NCBI GenBank assembly: GCA_963725865.1
Contig: CAVSAC010000012.1
Span: 704,001-768,000, forward strand
Direction: 5' to 3'
Source: Candidatus Eiseniibacteriota bacterium
GTDB lineage: Bacteria > Eisenbacteria > RBG-16-71-46
DNA: 64,000 nucleotides
Numbering within the stretch: position 1 is the first letter of the stretch; each line of letters opens with the position of its first letter. Below are positions 22,017 through 31,519 of this stretch, one piece after another. The notes under the pieces are model-generated. The model had not been told where the DNA came from. It did not search any database and saw only the letters and a program-made list of their open reading frames with translations. Position numbers and translations under genes: made by a program.

Positions 22017-23072
22017 ATGAAGCGCGTCGGCATCCTCGGACTCCCACAGTCCGGCAAGACCACGCTGTTCGAGATCCTCATGCAGGGTGCCGGCGCGAGT
22101 GGCGCCACCGCGCCCGGCCGCGAGCAGGTGGGCGTGGTCAAGGTGCCGGATCCGCGCGTGGACCAGCTCTCCGCCCTCTTCAGCCCCAAGAAGACCACCT
22201 ACGCGCAGATCCAGTTCGTGGACAGCGCCGCGGCCGGCCACGCCAGCGCACGCGTCGCCGCCAAGGGGCCCGACCTGTTCTCGTCGGTGCGGAACTGCGA
22301 CGCCCTGCTGGTGGTGATCCGCGACTTCGAGAACGCCGCGGTGCCGCGCGAGGGCGGTGTGAATGCCGAACGCGACCGCCGCGACCTCGAGGCCGAGCTG
22401 GTGCTCAACGACCTGGCGATCGTCGAGAATCGCCTCGAGAAGGTCGCCAAGGAGCTGCGCATCGGCAAGAAGCAGGGCGAGGCCGAGCACGCGCTGCTCG
22501 AGCGCTGCAAGACCTGGCTCGAGGCCGAGCGACCGCTGCGGACGTTCGAGCACGGCGCCGAGGACGCGAAGGTACTGCGCGGCTTCCAGCTTCTGACACT
22601 GAAGCCGCTGCTGGTGGTGTACAACCAGGACGACGCGTCGACGCACGTGCCACCGGAGGCCGGGCCGGGCTCGCTCGCGATCGCGCTGCGTGCGCATCTC
22701 GAACGGGAGATCGTGTCGCTGGCGCCCGAGGAGCGCGCCGCGTTCCGCGCCGAGCTGGGGATCGCCGAGGACGGCCTCTCCATCGTGATCCAGGCCTGCT
22801 ACCTCCTGCTCGGGCTGCAGTCGTTCTTCACCGTCGGCCCCGACGAGGTGCGGGCGTGGACGATCCGGCGCGGGGATTCGGCGGTGGACGCCGCCGGCGA
22901 GATCCACACCGATCTGGCCAAGGGATTCATCCGCGCCGAGGTGGTACCGTTCGACCGGCTGCTGGAGCACGGCTCGCACGCCAGGGCCCGCGAGAAGGGG
23001 CTCGTCCGACTCGAGGGCCGCGACTACGTGGTTGCCGACGGGGACTGCGTGGAGATCCGGTTCAACAAGTAG
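22017..23072 (+). CDS. ychF: YchF/OLA1-family ATPase (divergent G-motifs) with TGS-like C-terminal domain
   Basis: GLPQSGKTT, VKVPDPR, FFTVGPDEVRAWTI, AGEIHTDLAKGFIRAEV, EGRDYVVADGD. Confidence 0.88.
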   Translation: MKRVGILGLPQSGKTTLFEILMQGAGASGATAPGREQVGVVKVPDPRVDQLSALFSPKKTTYAQIQFVDSAAAGHASARVAAKGPDLFSSVRNCDALLVVIRDFENAAVPREGGVNAERDRRDLEAELVLNDLAIVENRLEKVAKELRIGKKQGEAEHALLERCKTWLEAERPLRTFEHGAEDAKVLRGFQLLTLKPLLVVYNQDDASTHVPPEAGPGSLAIALRAHLEREIVSLAPEERAAFRAELGIAEDGLSIVIQACYLLLGLQSFFTVGPDEVRAWTIRRGDSAVDAAGEIHTDLAKGFIRAEVVPFDRLLEHGSHARAREKGLVRLEGRDYVVADGDCVEIRFNK

Positions 23073-23114
23073 TCCCGCGGGCGCCACTTCAGGTCCGCGC
23101 CGGAAAGGAACGCC

Positions 23115-23696
23115 ATGACGCATCGCACGCTCGCCCGCATGGCCGCCGCGCTCATGGGAATGCTCGTCGCCCTGCCCTTGACGGCGCAGGCCGCCGGCCT
23201 GGCCGACTGGAACGGCCACCTCGCGTTCGGATACTCGAAGCTGTTCCGCGACGGCGCCCCGGCGGGCTCGCTCTCGATGGGCGCGGGGCTGGACCACGCG
23301 CTCGTGCCGCACTGGCGCGCGGGTGCCGCGATCGGCTACCACCTCCTCGGCTCCGGCGACTTCCGCCGCGGCAGCCTGGCGGCCGGCGTCGACTACAGCC
23401 TGCTCGACGCGGCCCTGCTGGTGAGTCGCGACCTTGACGGCCGCCTCGGGCGACTGCGCCTGTCGGCCGGACCGGGGCTCATGAGCTGCCACGCCGAACT
23501 GTCGACTTCCGGGGGCGGGCTCGCGTTCACGGACCTCGCCGTGAGCAAGACCGCGGCGGGCGCGGCGTTCGAGGCCAGCTGGATCCGCGGTCGCACGCGC
23601 CCGGTGGGAGTGGGGCTCGAGAGCGGCGTGCGGCTCGGCTTCGTGCCGAACGACACCTGGACGGTGTGGCACACGCGGGTGGCCATCTACTACTGA
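23115..23696 (+). CDS. Putative small outer-membrane beta-barrel protein
   Basis: Signal peptide (AQA), alternating amphipathic strands, C-terminal aromatic residue (TRVAIYY). Confidence 0.65.
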   Translation: MTHRTLARMAAALMGMLVALPLTAQAAGLADWNGHLAFGYSKLFRDGAPAGSLSMGAGLDHALVPHWRAGAAIGYHLLGSGDFRRGSLAAGVDYSLLDAALLVSRDLDGRLGRLRLSAGPGLMSCHAELSTSGGGLAFTDLAVSKTAAGAAFEASWIRGRTRPVGVGLESGVRLGFVPNDTWTVWHTRVAIYY

Positions 23697-23707
23697 TCGA
23701 TCACCAA

Positions 23708-23736
23708 TTGAAAGATGCCGGCGATCACGGTAAAGT
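23708..23736 (+). promoter_or_regulatory. sigma70-type promoter for the NHL-repeat gene
   Basis: TTGAAA-17 bp-TAAAGT. Confidence 0.5.
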
Positions 23737-23817
23737 CACCTCACGTGTCTCTGGTTACCTGACGGAACGGGCCGCCCCCTGTCCATTCTACGAGACCGGG
23801 TCCGAAAGGAGCGCACC

Positions 23818-24828
23818 ATGCATCGAGCCTGGATGCAGGTCCTTGGCATCATCCTGGGTTGCTGTGCCTTCGCTTCGACTGCCGTGGGCTCGCCGCCCAC
23901 CTACATAATCGACTGGGGCAGCCTGGGTTCGGGACCCGGGCAGTTCTCCAATCCCTTCGGGATCGCGCTTGATCCCACGGGCGACGTCTACGTCACCGAT
24001 GAGACGAACTGCCGCGTGCAGAAGTTCACGAAGGACGGAACGATCCTGCTCCAATGGGGGACGTTTGGTGCTGCGGCCGGGCAGTTCGACCATCCGACCG
24101 GAATCGCGGTGTCCCCGAATGGAGAGGTGCTGGTCGTCGATCATCGCAACCACCGCGTGCAGCGATTCACGCAGGCGGGCGGATTCATCGGGGAGTTCGG
24201 TTACGGAGTCGATCCGTACATCGTCCCGCCCTACTACCCGCCGGGTCCCGCGGGATCGTTCTTCTACCCGGTGGGAGTCGCCTGTGATGCCGCGGGCAAC
24301 ATCTACGTCGCCGATTCCGAGAACTACCGGATCCAGAAGTTCACGCCGAGCGGCTCGTTCCTGGCCCAGTTCGGAACCCAGGGCACCGCGCCGGGGCAGC
24401 TCCGCGAACCCTACGGCGTCACGCTCGACGGGTCGGGGAACATCTTCGTGAGCGAGTACGGTGGTCATCGTGTTCAGGTGTTCTCGCCGACCTTCGTGTC
24501 GTTCCTGAACTGGGGGACGTTCGGTGGAGCACCCGGTCAGTTCTATTCCCCCGAGTGCGTCGCGTTCGGTCCCTCGGGCACGCTGTACGTCGCCGACACC
24601 GGAAACAACCGCATCCAGCAGTTCACGCTCGGTGGCTCGTTCCTCGAACAGTGGGGAACCCTGGGGTCGGGGATCGGACAGTTCTACACGCCGAGCGGGA
24701 TCGCCACCGACAACTCGGGGAATGTCTACGTGGTGGAGTGGAACAACCACCGCGTCCAGAAGTTCGGCACCCCGCCGACGCCGGTCACGCGCGCCACGTG
24801 GGGTGAGGTGAAGAGCCGCTATCGCTGA
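23818..24828 (+). CDS. Secreted NHL-repeat (6-bladed beta-propeller) protein with C-terminal TWGEVKSRYR motif
   Basis: Six repeats of WGxxGxxxGQFxxPxGIAxDxxGxVYVxDxxNxRVQKF. RBS AAAGGAG and signal peptide. Confidence 0.88.
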   Translation: MHRAWMQVLGIILGCCAFASTAVGSPPTYIIDWGSLGSGPGQFSNPFGIALDPTGDVYVTDETNCRVQKFTKDGTILLQWGTFGAAAGQFDHPTGIAVSPNGEVLVVDHRNHRVQRFTQAGGFIGEFGYGVDPYIVPPYYPPGPAGSFFYPVGVACDAAGNIYVADSENYRIQKFTPSGSFLAQFGTQGTAPGQLREPYGVTLDGSGNIFVSEYGGHRVQVFSPTFVSFLNWGTFGGAPGQFYSPECVAFGPSGTLYVADTGNNRIQQFTLGGSFLEQWGTLGSGIGQFYTPSGIATDNSGNVYVVEWNNHRVQKFGTPPTPVTRATWGEVKSRYR

Positions 24829-24857
24829 TCGCCCGCAAGCCCGGCGGCAGACCTGAT

Positions 24858-24887
24858 GCGACCCCGCGCCTCGATGGGCGGGGTCGC
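24858..24887. terminator. Hairpin between convergent genes
   Basis: GCGACCCCGC/GCGGGGTCGC 10-bp stem. Confidence 0.55.
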
Positions 24888-24941
24888 TTCGATTGGACAC
24901 GCCGACGGGATGGCGCGGGAGGGCTGGCTGAGCGCGCCTGT

Positions 24942-25967
24942 TCAGCGTGCGACGCGCCACCCGGCGGACGCGGCGCGCGCCAGCTCCCAGGCGCGCTCGA
25001 TCGGGCCCCGCGGGGCGTCGACCTGGAAGTAGTGCTGCAGCGTCCCGCCCAGCTCGCTCTTGAAGCGCGCGACGCGCGGCAGATCGGCGCCGCACAGGTC
25101 CCAGAAGCGATGGCCGCGTCGTCCGCACTCGGCCGCGATCTCTACCATGATCCACGCGCTCACGCCCGAGACGAGATGCTGCTCGGCGGCTCCCGCCACC
25201 CACATGTATGCGCCCGGGGTCCCGGGCACCGCCAGCACGATCTGGCTCGCCGCGGGTGCACCCTCGGCGGTGAGCGCGGTCGCCATCCACGCGAGGCCCC
25301 CGCGTGCGAGCGACTCCGCGAGCCCCTTGAACGCGGCCGGCGCGAGCCGGAGGCCGAATCCCTGGCGCTGGCGGGTCACGTCGAACACCGACCAGAAGCG
25401 CTCGAGGTCCCAGTCGTACGACATCGTGAATCCCGCCTCGCGGCATTTGCGCAGGTGACGGCGTACCGAATCGCTGACGGGAAGAGGAGCGCCGGTGTCG
25501 AGGAGGTAGGTGTAGCGGGGTTGGGTGCGCCAGCCACGCCACGACCACGGACGCACGTCGTCGATGGCCGGCACCAGCAGATGCGAGAGCCCGCGCGGGT
25601 GGCCGCGGAACTCCCCGAGCATCGCGTCCGTGACCTCGAGGTGCTCCGAGGTCGCGCGCGCTCCCGAGCCGGTCGGCGGGCGGTAGATCCAGGAACTGTA
25701 GGCCGCGAGCGGCAGGCCGAAATGGAATGGCTGTCCCAGCCGCCTCCGGTGCACCAGCGGAACTCCCGCGACCCATTCGTCGCCCTTGGTGGCTACGCGA
25801 AGTTCGAGCGCGGCGCCGGTGGCGGCGCACGCCGGCTGCAGCCACCCGCTCGTCGCGAAGGGGTTGGCCTGCGGCGAGTGGCGCACGAACGCGTCCCAGC
25901 GCGCCAGGTCGCCGTCACCCTCGAGGCACCGGATCGCGTACTTCGGCGCGGCCGCGGGCTCGTTCAT
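24942..25967 (-). CDS. GNAT/FemAB-like acyltransferase
   Basis: WDAFVRHSPQANPF start and FWDLCGADLPRVARFKSELGG C-terminal signature. Confidence 0.8.
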   Translation of the reverse strand: MNEPAAAPKYAIRCLEGDGDLARWDAFVRHSPQANPFATSGWLQPACAATGAALELRVATKGDEWVAGVPLVHRRRLGQPFHFGLPLAAYSSWIYRPPTGSGARATSEHLEVTDAMLGEFRGHPRGLSHLLVPAIDDVRPWSWRGWRTQPRYTYLLDTGAPLPVSDSVRRHLRKCREAGFTMSYDWDLERFWSVFDVTRQRQGFGLRLAPAAFKGLAESLARGGLAWMATALTAEGAPAASQIVLAVPGTPGAYMWVAGAAEQHLVSGVSAWIMVEIAAECGRRGHRFWDLCGADLPRVARFKSELGGTLQHYFQVDAPRGPIERAWELARAASAGWRVAR

Positions 25968-26608
25968 GGTGCGGAGGGTGCGGGCGCGGCGACCAGCCGA
26001 GTCTCGCGCTGCGTGCCGACGCCAAAGCGGACCTGAATCGCGTAGCGACCGGACTCCACGAAGCCCGCCTTCTCGATGCCCCGGCGGGACGCGTGGTTGC
26101 CGAGGTCGGTGGAGATGAGGACCGCATGTGCGCCGGCGTGGCGCGCCGCGGCCGCGGCGGTCGCCAGCACAGCCGGGTAGATGCCCATCCCGCGCGCCGT
26201 CGCGACCGTCTCACAATAGTGAATGTAGTCGTCGCCCGGGCCCAGCACCAGGCGACCCCACGCGAGCCACAGGGGCACCACCAGCGGGCCGCGGCGCACC
26301 CACGAGCGATGAACCATCCGGCCATCGACATAGGCGTACCAGCCGACGTCCCCGCGCTCCAGGAAGCGACGGAACTCCTCCACGCGCTCCGGGGGCTCCA
26401 TCGCGGACGCGTCGCCGACGTTGCGGGCATCGACCCGGCGGATCTCCGCCACAGTCGCGGGCGTCGTGACGTGTTCGAGCCGGTAGACGACCACCTCGAC
26501 GTCGCGGAACGTGGCGAGCCGGGACCAAGCGGAGATCAGACGCCGGAACGATGGCAGGGACGGGCTCATGGGCGGCCGCAGTGTAGCGGCGGCGCTGCTC
26601 GCTGTCAT
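25964..26608 (-). CDS. GNAT N-acetyltransferase (start may be 26569)
   Basis: YCETVATARGMGIY (motif A) and NHASRRGIEKAGF (motif B); overlaps the downstream gene start. Confidence 0.75.
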   Translation of the reverse strand: MTASSAAATLRPPMSPSLPSFRRLISAWSRLATFRDVEVVVYRLEHVTTPATVAEIRRVDARNVGDASAMEPPERVEEFRRFLERGDVGWYAYVDGRMVHRSWVRRGPLVVPLWLAWGRLVLGPGDDYIHYCETVATARGMGIYPAVLATAAAAARHAGAHAVLISTDLGNHASRRGIEKAGFVESGRYAIQVRFGVGTQRETRLVAAPAPSAP

Positions 26609-26670
26609 GCCCCCGGCGCGGCGCCGCGAAACGTGACAGCACTTGGCCCGGCGGTTATCCTCACCCGTCC

Positions 26671-27924
26671 ATGAACGTGCTCATCGTCCCGTCGTGGTAC
26701 CCGCACCGGTGTTTCCCGCGCGAAGGGATCTACGTCCGCGACCAGGCGATGATGCTCGGGGAGATGCGCCCGGATTGGCGCATCGGTCTGGCGCTCTGGC
26801 ACCAGGGACGCAACTTCGTCTCGCCATCCCACGCCCGACACTCCCCGCGCTGCCTGCTGGAGGCGCTGACCGATCACGCGATCCGCGAGGAGCCACTGCG
26901 CGAGAACGTGTGCGCGTGGACCATTCCGGCGCTGCAGTTCCCGGAGCGCGTGCTCGCGGGCAACCGGATGGCGGTGCTAGCCTCGGTGCGCGAGGCCGCC
27001 CGCCGGATGGCAGCGCGATTCGGCCCGCCCGACCTGCTGCATGCTCACGTCAGCTACCCGGGAGGCTGGGCGGCCGTGCGGGTGGCGCGCGAGCGCGGCG
27101 TGAAGGCGATCATCACCGAGCACATGGGGCCGTTCCCGGTGCTGGTTTACCAGCGCCGAGACGGCACGCTCGCGGACTTCATCCGTGACCCACTGCTCGC
27201 GGCCGATGGCCGCATCGCAGTGAGCCCGGCGCTCGCGGGGGCCATCGCGGCGCACGGCATCCCGCGACCGCTCGTGGTCCCGAACGTGGTCGACGAGCGC
27301 CTCTACGACGCCGGGCAGAGCGGCGACCCGGCCTACTTCACGTTCTACACTGTGTGCCAGATGGTCCGATCGAAGGGCATCCTCGACCTACTCGAGGCCG
27401 CGGCGCTGTTCCTCGCCACGCTGCCGCCGGCGGAGCGCACGCGCATCCGCTTCCGGCTCGCCGGCAAGGGGCCCGACCTCGGGCGGTTCCAGGCTGCCGC
27501 GGAGCGGCTCAGGATCGCGCCGCACCTGACCTGGATCGAGAAGTACATCGAGCGCGAGGAGTCGAACGAGGAGTTCGCGCGCTGCGACGCCTTCGTGCTG
27601 CCGAGCCATCACGAGTCGTTCGGCATCGTGTTCGTGGAGGCGATGGCGTGCGGCAAGCCCTCGATCGGGACGCGCTGCGGCGGCCCCGAGTCCATCCTCA
27701 CGCCCGAGACCGGGGTACTGCTGCCGGTCGGCGACGTGCCGGCGCTGGCCGACGCGCTGGGGCGCATGGTGCGCCACGCCGCGCACGTCGACCGCGCGCG
27801 CATCCGCGCCGAGTTCGAGCGCCGCTTCAGTCGCGCGGCGGTGAGCACGGCCCTCGAGGTCGTGTATCGCGAAGTGCTCGAACCGCGACCGCCGTCGACC
27901 GCCGCCGCGGGAGTCGCACCATGA
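26671..27924 (+). CDS. GT4-family glycosyltransferase
   Basis: MNVLIVPSWYP, PDLLHAH, ESFGIVFVEAMACGKP. Confidence 0.88.
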   Translation: MNVLIVPSWYPHRCFPREGIYVRDQAMMLGEMRPDWRIGLALWHQGRNFVSPSHARHSPRCLLEALTDHAIREEPLRENVCAWTIPALQFPERVLAGNRMAVLASVREAARRMAARFGPPDLLHAHVSYPGGWAAVRVARERGVKAIITEHMGPFPVLVYQRRDGTLADFIRDPLLAADGRIAVSPALAGAIAAHGIPRPLVVPNVVDERLYDAGQSGDPAYFTFYTVCQMVRSKGILDLLEAAALFLATLPPAERTRIRFRLAGKGPDLGRFQAAAERLRIAPHLTWIEKYIEREESNEEFARCDAFVLPSHHESFGIVFVEAMACGKPSIGTRCGGPESILTPETGVLLPVGDVPALADALGRMVRHAAHVDRARIRAEFERRFSRAAVSTALEVVYREVLEPRPPSTAAAGVAP

Positions 27925-29567
27925 GCCGCTCCGCGGGGGTCGTGTTCACGTTCGATGCCGCGACCTGGGAGCGGCCGGCCGCGCGCCACGCCATCGGCGT
28001 GATCGCGTCCCTGCTCGAGTGGCCGACCCGGCTCGCCGCGGCCGGCGCACGCGATCGGCGACGCGGAGGCGCCGGTGTTCGTCGGCGATCCCGCCCGCGC
28101 GGCGGCCGGCAGCGCCGCGATCGTGCCGTGCGGTGAATGGCGAGCGTGGGCGCCCGACCGGGTGCAACTGCGCACCCACGAGGGCGTGGCGCTGCCGTGG
28201 ACGCCCGACGAGGAAGCCGGCGGAGCAACGATTGGCACGCTCCCCACGTGGTGGCTGCGGGCCGCCGCCTGGATGCTCCAGCGCGAGGAGGAAATCGCGG
28301 TGACGCACCGCGACGAGTGGGGCTGTTTCAGCGGCTTCTCGCTCGCGCTTTCACGAGCTCGGAATCCTCGAGACGCCGACCGTCAACCTGATGGCGGCAG
28401 CAGCTCGAGCGCCGGTCGCCGCATGGCTCGAGCGGCGCGGCAGCTGACCGCGCCGCGGCCGGCCGCGCTGGAAGGACGGCGCGCGCTTCGCGGTCGCGCT
28501 CACGCACGACGTGGACCTGGTCCGCTACTACTCCTGGTCGCGGATGCCGTGGCGCCTGCTGCGGCGCGCCGCGGCCCGCGCTCGCTACGCGTTCCGCCGC
28601 GGCGTCGATGCAGGCGCTCGAGACGCTTGCCCACGTCGGGACGACCGCGGCGATCCGTTCTGGACCTTCGACCGCTGGGTCGCGCGACGAGGCGGCCGGT
28701 CGGATTCCGCTCGTCACGTTTTACTTCCTGCCGACCGCGCCGACGCGTGCGCACGAGTTCGACGGCACCTATCGCTGGGATGACCCGGTCGGATTCGAGG
28801 GCGAGCGTCCTCACCGTCCGCGCGCTGCTGCGCCGGCTCGCAGCGCGCGCGGCTGCCGAGGTCGGGCTGCACGGCTCCTACCTGAGCCACCTCGACGGCG
28901 GCGGAACTCGGCCGCCAGCGGCGCCAGATCGAGGAGGCGCTCGGCGCGCCGGTGCGCGGAGTGCGCCAGCACTTCCTGCGCTTCGACGTCGCACGACGTG
29001 GCGCGCTCAGCAGCGAGGCCGGCTTCGCGTACGACGCCACGCTCGGGTACAACGAGGCGCTCGGATTCCGGGCCGGGATCGCGGCGCCGTTCGCTCCGTG
29101 GGACGTCCGGAGCGCACGCGCCGCTCGAGCTGCTCGAGCTGCCGTTCACCGCGATGGACGGTGTGCTGTTCCGCACGCTCAAGCTCGACCACGAGCTCGC
29201 GACCCGGCGCTTGATCGCACACCTGGAGGCGGTCGAGCGCGCCGGCGGACTCGCGGTGCTGCTCTGGCACCCGAACGTGGCCGACGCGCGGCGCTATCCC
29301 GGCTGGTACGACACCTGGCGCGACGCGCTCGATCACCTCGCGACCCGCCCGGCCTGGGTCGCGCCCGCCGGCGAGATCGCACACTGGTGGCGGGAGCGAC
29401 GGGCGAAAGCGCGTGACCTGGACGGCTGCTCGCTCCGCGGGGCTACCGGCGCCTGGACCGGCGCGGAGCGCCCCGCGGAGCCCGACCGCCGAGGGGCCCA
29501 CGCATTTGACCCCTTCGGAGCCCCCCGCTATCCTCGCCGGCCGTTGCTCCTTCGGGGCGGGGTGTGA
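27921..29567 (+). pseudogene. Polysaccharide deacetylase-family gene broken by many frameshifts (sequencing errors or pseudogene); true stop uncertain (29416 or 29567)
   Basis: Family motifs are scattered over frames in collinear order: REEE...RDEWGCF, FAVALTHDVD, FYFLP, EVGLHGSY, GVRQHFLRF, GFAYDATLGYNEALGFRAG, ELPFTAMD, LLWHPN. Confidence 0.7.
29506..29534 (+). promoter_or_regulatory. sigma70 promoter of the rib operon
   Basis: TTGACC-17 bp-TATCCT, about 12 bp upstream of the riboswitch. Confidence 0.7.
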
Positions 29568-29708
29568 AGTCCCCACCGGCGGTACAGCCCGCGAGCGAGC
29601 GAGTCCGGCGTCCGTCCTTGCGGGCGGAGCAGGCCAGTCGGCCGGGCGAGCGCGCACGATCCGGTGAGATTCCGGAGCCGACCGTGAAAGTCGGGATGGA
29701 AGAAGGAG
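29547..29708 (+). ncRNA. FMN riboswitch (RFN element)
   Basis: P1 CTCCTTC/GAAGGAG. Conserved GGGGCGGGGTG..AAGTCCCCACCGGCGGT.AGCCCGCGAG and GATCCGGTGAGATTCCGGAGCCGAC.GT..AAGTCGGGATGGAAGAAG. Lies upstream of ribD. Confidence 0.95.
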
Positions 29709-29747
29709 TGGGCAGGGCTTTCGCCTGCCCGGCGCTCGCGCGCACCG

Positions 29748-29781
29748 CCCCGTGGCTTCGCAGGCCGCGGGGTCTTCTGTT
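29748..29781 (+). terminator. Candidate riboswitch expression-platform terminator
   Basis: CCCCGTGGC/GCCGCGGGG stem followed by TCTTCTGTT, just before the ribD RBS. Confidence 0.5.
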
Positions 29782-29793
29782 GCAGGGGAGTCC

Positions 29794-30903
29794 ATGTCCG
29801 AACCTCGCTCCGACGACTCTCTCCGCCACATGCGCCGCGCGCTCGCGCTGGCCGCGCGCGGACGCGGACGCACGCGGCCCAACCCGATGGTGGGCGCGGT
29901 GGTGGTGCGCGGGGGTCGGGTGGTGGGAGAGGGCTGGCATCGCGCCGCCGGCCGCGAGCACGCCGAGGTGGCGGCGCTGCGCACCGCCGGGCCGCGGGCG
30001 GCCGGCGCCACCATGTACGTCACGCTCGAGCCCTGCGCGCACTGGGGGCGGACCCCGCCGTGCGTGGACGCGATCATCGCCGCCGGGGTGACGCGCTGCG
30101 TCGTGGCGATGCGCGATCCCCACGCGATCGTGGACGGTCGCGGGCTCCGGGTGCTCCGGCGGGCCGGAGTCCAGGTCGAGGTCGGCCTGCTCGCGGACGA
30201 GGCGCACGCGCTGCTGCGCGGCTACGTGCTGGCGCACACCGCGCGGCGGCCGCACGTCACCTGGAAGGTGGCGGCCACGCTCGACGGCCGGATCGCGGAC
30301 GCGCGCGGGCGCGCGCGCTGGATCAGCGGCTCCGCCGCGCGCGAGCGCGGGCACCGCATGCGCGCGGCGATGGACGCCATCGTGGTGGGTGCGACGACCG
30401 CGCGGCGCGACGATCCGCGGCTGACCGCGCGGGGCGTGCGCGTGGGCGTGCAGCCGCTGCGGGTGGTGTGCGACACGCGGCTCGCGCTGCCGCGTACGCT
30501 GCGGCTCTACGGGCGCGGACTCGCGCGCGGCACGGTGGTGGCGTGCGGCGCCGGCGCTCCGGCGGCACGGCGGCGCGCGCTCGAGGCGCGCGGCGTGCGC
30601 GTGTGGGCGCTGCCGCTCGCGGCCGGCCGTGTCGCGCCGCTCGCGCTCGCGCGGCGGCTGGCGGCCGAGGGCTGCCACGAGGTGCTGCTCGAGGGCGGTG
30701 CCGCGCTCGGCACCGCGTGGATGGAGCGCGGACTGGTGGACGAGGTCGCGTTGTTCCTCGCCCCGAAGCTGCTGGGCTCCGAGGGGCTGGACTGGTGCGG
30801 CGCGCTGGGGCGCCGCGGGCTCGCGGACGCGATCGCGGGCCGCCTCGTCGCGCACGAGCGCGTCGGGGACGACGTGCTCATCACGGTCGGGATCGGGGGA
30901 TAG
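29794..30903 (+). CDS. ribD: Bifunctional riboflavin deaminase/reductase
   Basis: PNPMVGAVVV, HAE, YVTLEPCAHWGRTPPC, KVAATLDG, LLEGG. Confidence 0.95.
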   Translation: MSEPRSDDSLRHMRRALALAARGRGRTRPNPMVGAVVVRGGRVVGEGWHRAAGREHAEVAALRTAGPRAAGATMYVTLEPCAHWGRTPPCVDAIIAAGVTRCVVAMRDPHAIVDGRGLRVLRRAGVQVEVGLLADEAHALLRGYVLAHTARRPHVTWKVAATLDGRIADARGRARWISGSAARERGHRMRAAMDAIVVGATTARRDDPRLTARGVRVGVQPLRVVCDTRLALPRTLRLYGRGLARGTVVACGAGAPAARRRALEARGVRVWALPLAAGRVAPLALARRLAAEGCHEVLLEGGAALGTAWMERGLVDEVALFLAPKLLGSEGLDWCGALGRRGLADAIAGRLVAHERVGDDVLITVGIGG

Positions 30904-30907
30904 TCCG

Positions 30908-31519
30908 GTGTTCACGGGGATCGTCGAGGAGAAGGGCCGCATCGCGGTGATCGAGGAGCGGCCGGCCGGCCGCCGGTTCTGGATCGCCGCCGCGCGCGTG
31001 CTGGAGGGGACCTCGGTGGGCGGGAGCATCGCGGTGAGCGGCTGCTGCCTGACCGCGGTGGCGGTGGAGCCCGGCCGTTTCGCGGTGGAGGCGGTGCCCG
31101 AGACGCTCGCGCGCACGGTGCTCGGCGACGTGCGGGTCGATGACGAGGTGAACCTGGAACGCGCGATGCGCGTCGACGAGCGGCTCGGCGGGCACCTCAT
31201 GCAGGGCCACGTCGACGGGGTGGGCACCGTGACGGCGGTGACCCCCGAGGGCGACGGCCGGCGCGTGGCGATCACGGTGCCCGCGGAGCTGGCGCGCTTC
31301 GTGGCCGAGAAGGGCTCGCTGGCGGTCGACGGCGTGAGCCTGACGGTGGCCGCGGCGCGCGGCGCGACGTGCGAGATCGCGTACATCCCGCACACTCTGG
31401 CGGTCACGACCGCCGGCCGCTACGCGCCCGGATACCGCGTCAACCTCGAGATCGACCTGATCGCGCGCTACCTCGCGCGACTGCTGGACGAGCGCCTCGG
31501 CGCGGGGCGGCCCGCGTGA
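30908..31519 (+). CDS. ribE: Riboflavin synthase (alpha)
   Basis: MFTGIVEE start, GCCLT, VNLERA, GGHLMQGHVDG, GVSLT, IPHT. Confidence 0.95.
   Translation: MFTGIVEEKGRIAVIEERPAGRRFWIAAARVLEGTSVGGSIAVSGCCLTAVAVEPGRFAVEAVPETLARTVLGDVRVDDEVNLERAMRVDERLGGHLMQGHVDGVGTVTAVTPEGDGRRVAITVPAELARFVAEKGSLAVDGVSLTVAAARGATCEIAYIPHTLAVTTAGRYAPGYRVNLEIDLIARYLARLLDERLGAGRPA

Noticed and set aside
23740..23817. Possible riboswitch in the NHL gene leader (GTCTC...GAGAC stem)
   Set aside because: Only a 5-bp stem, with no match to a riboswitch consensus I can recognise.
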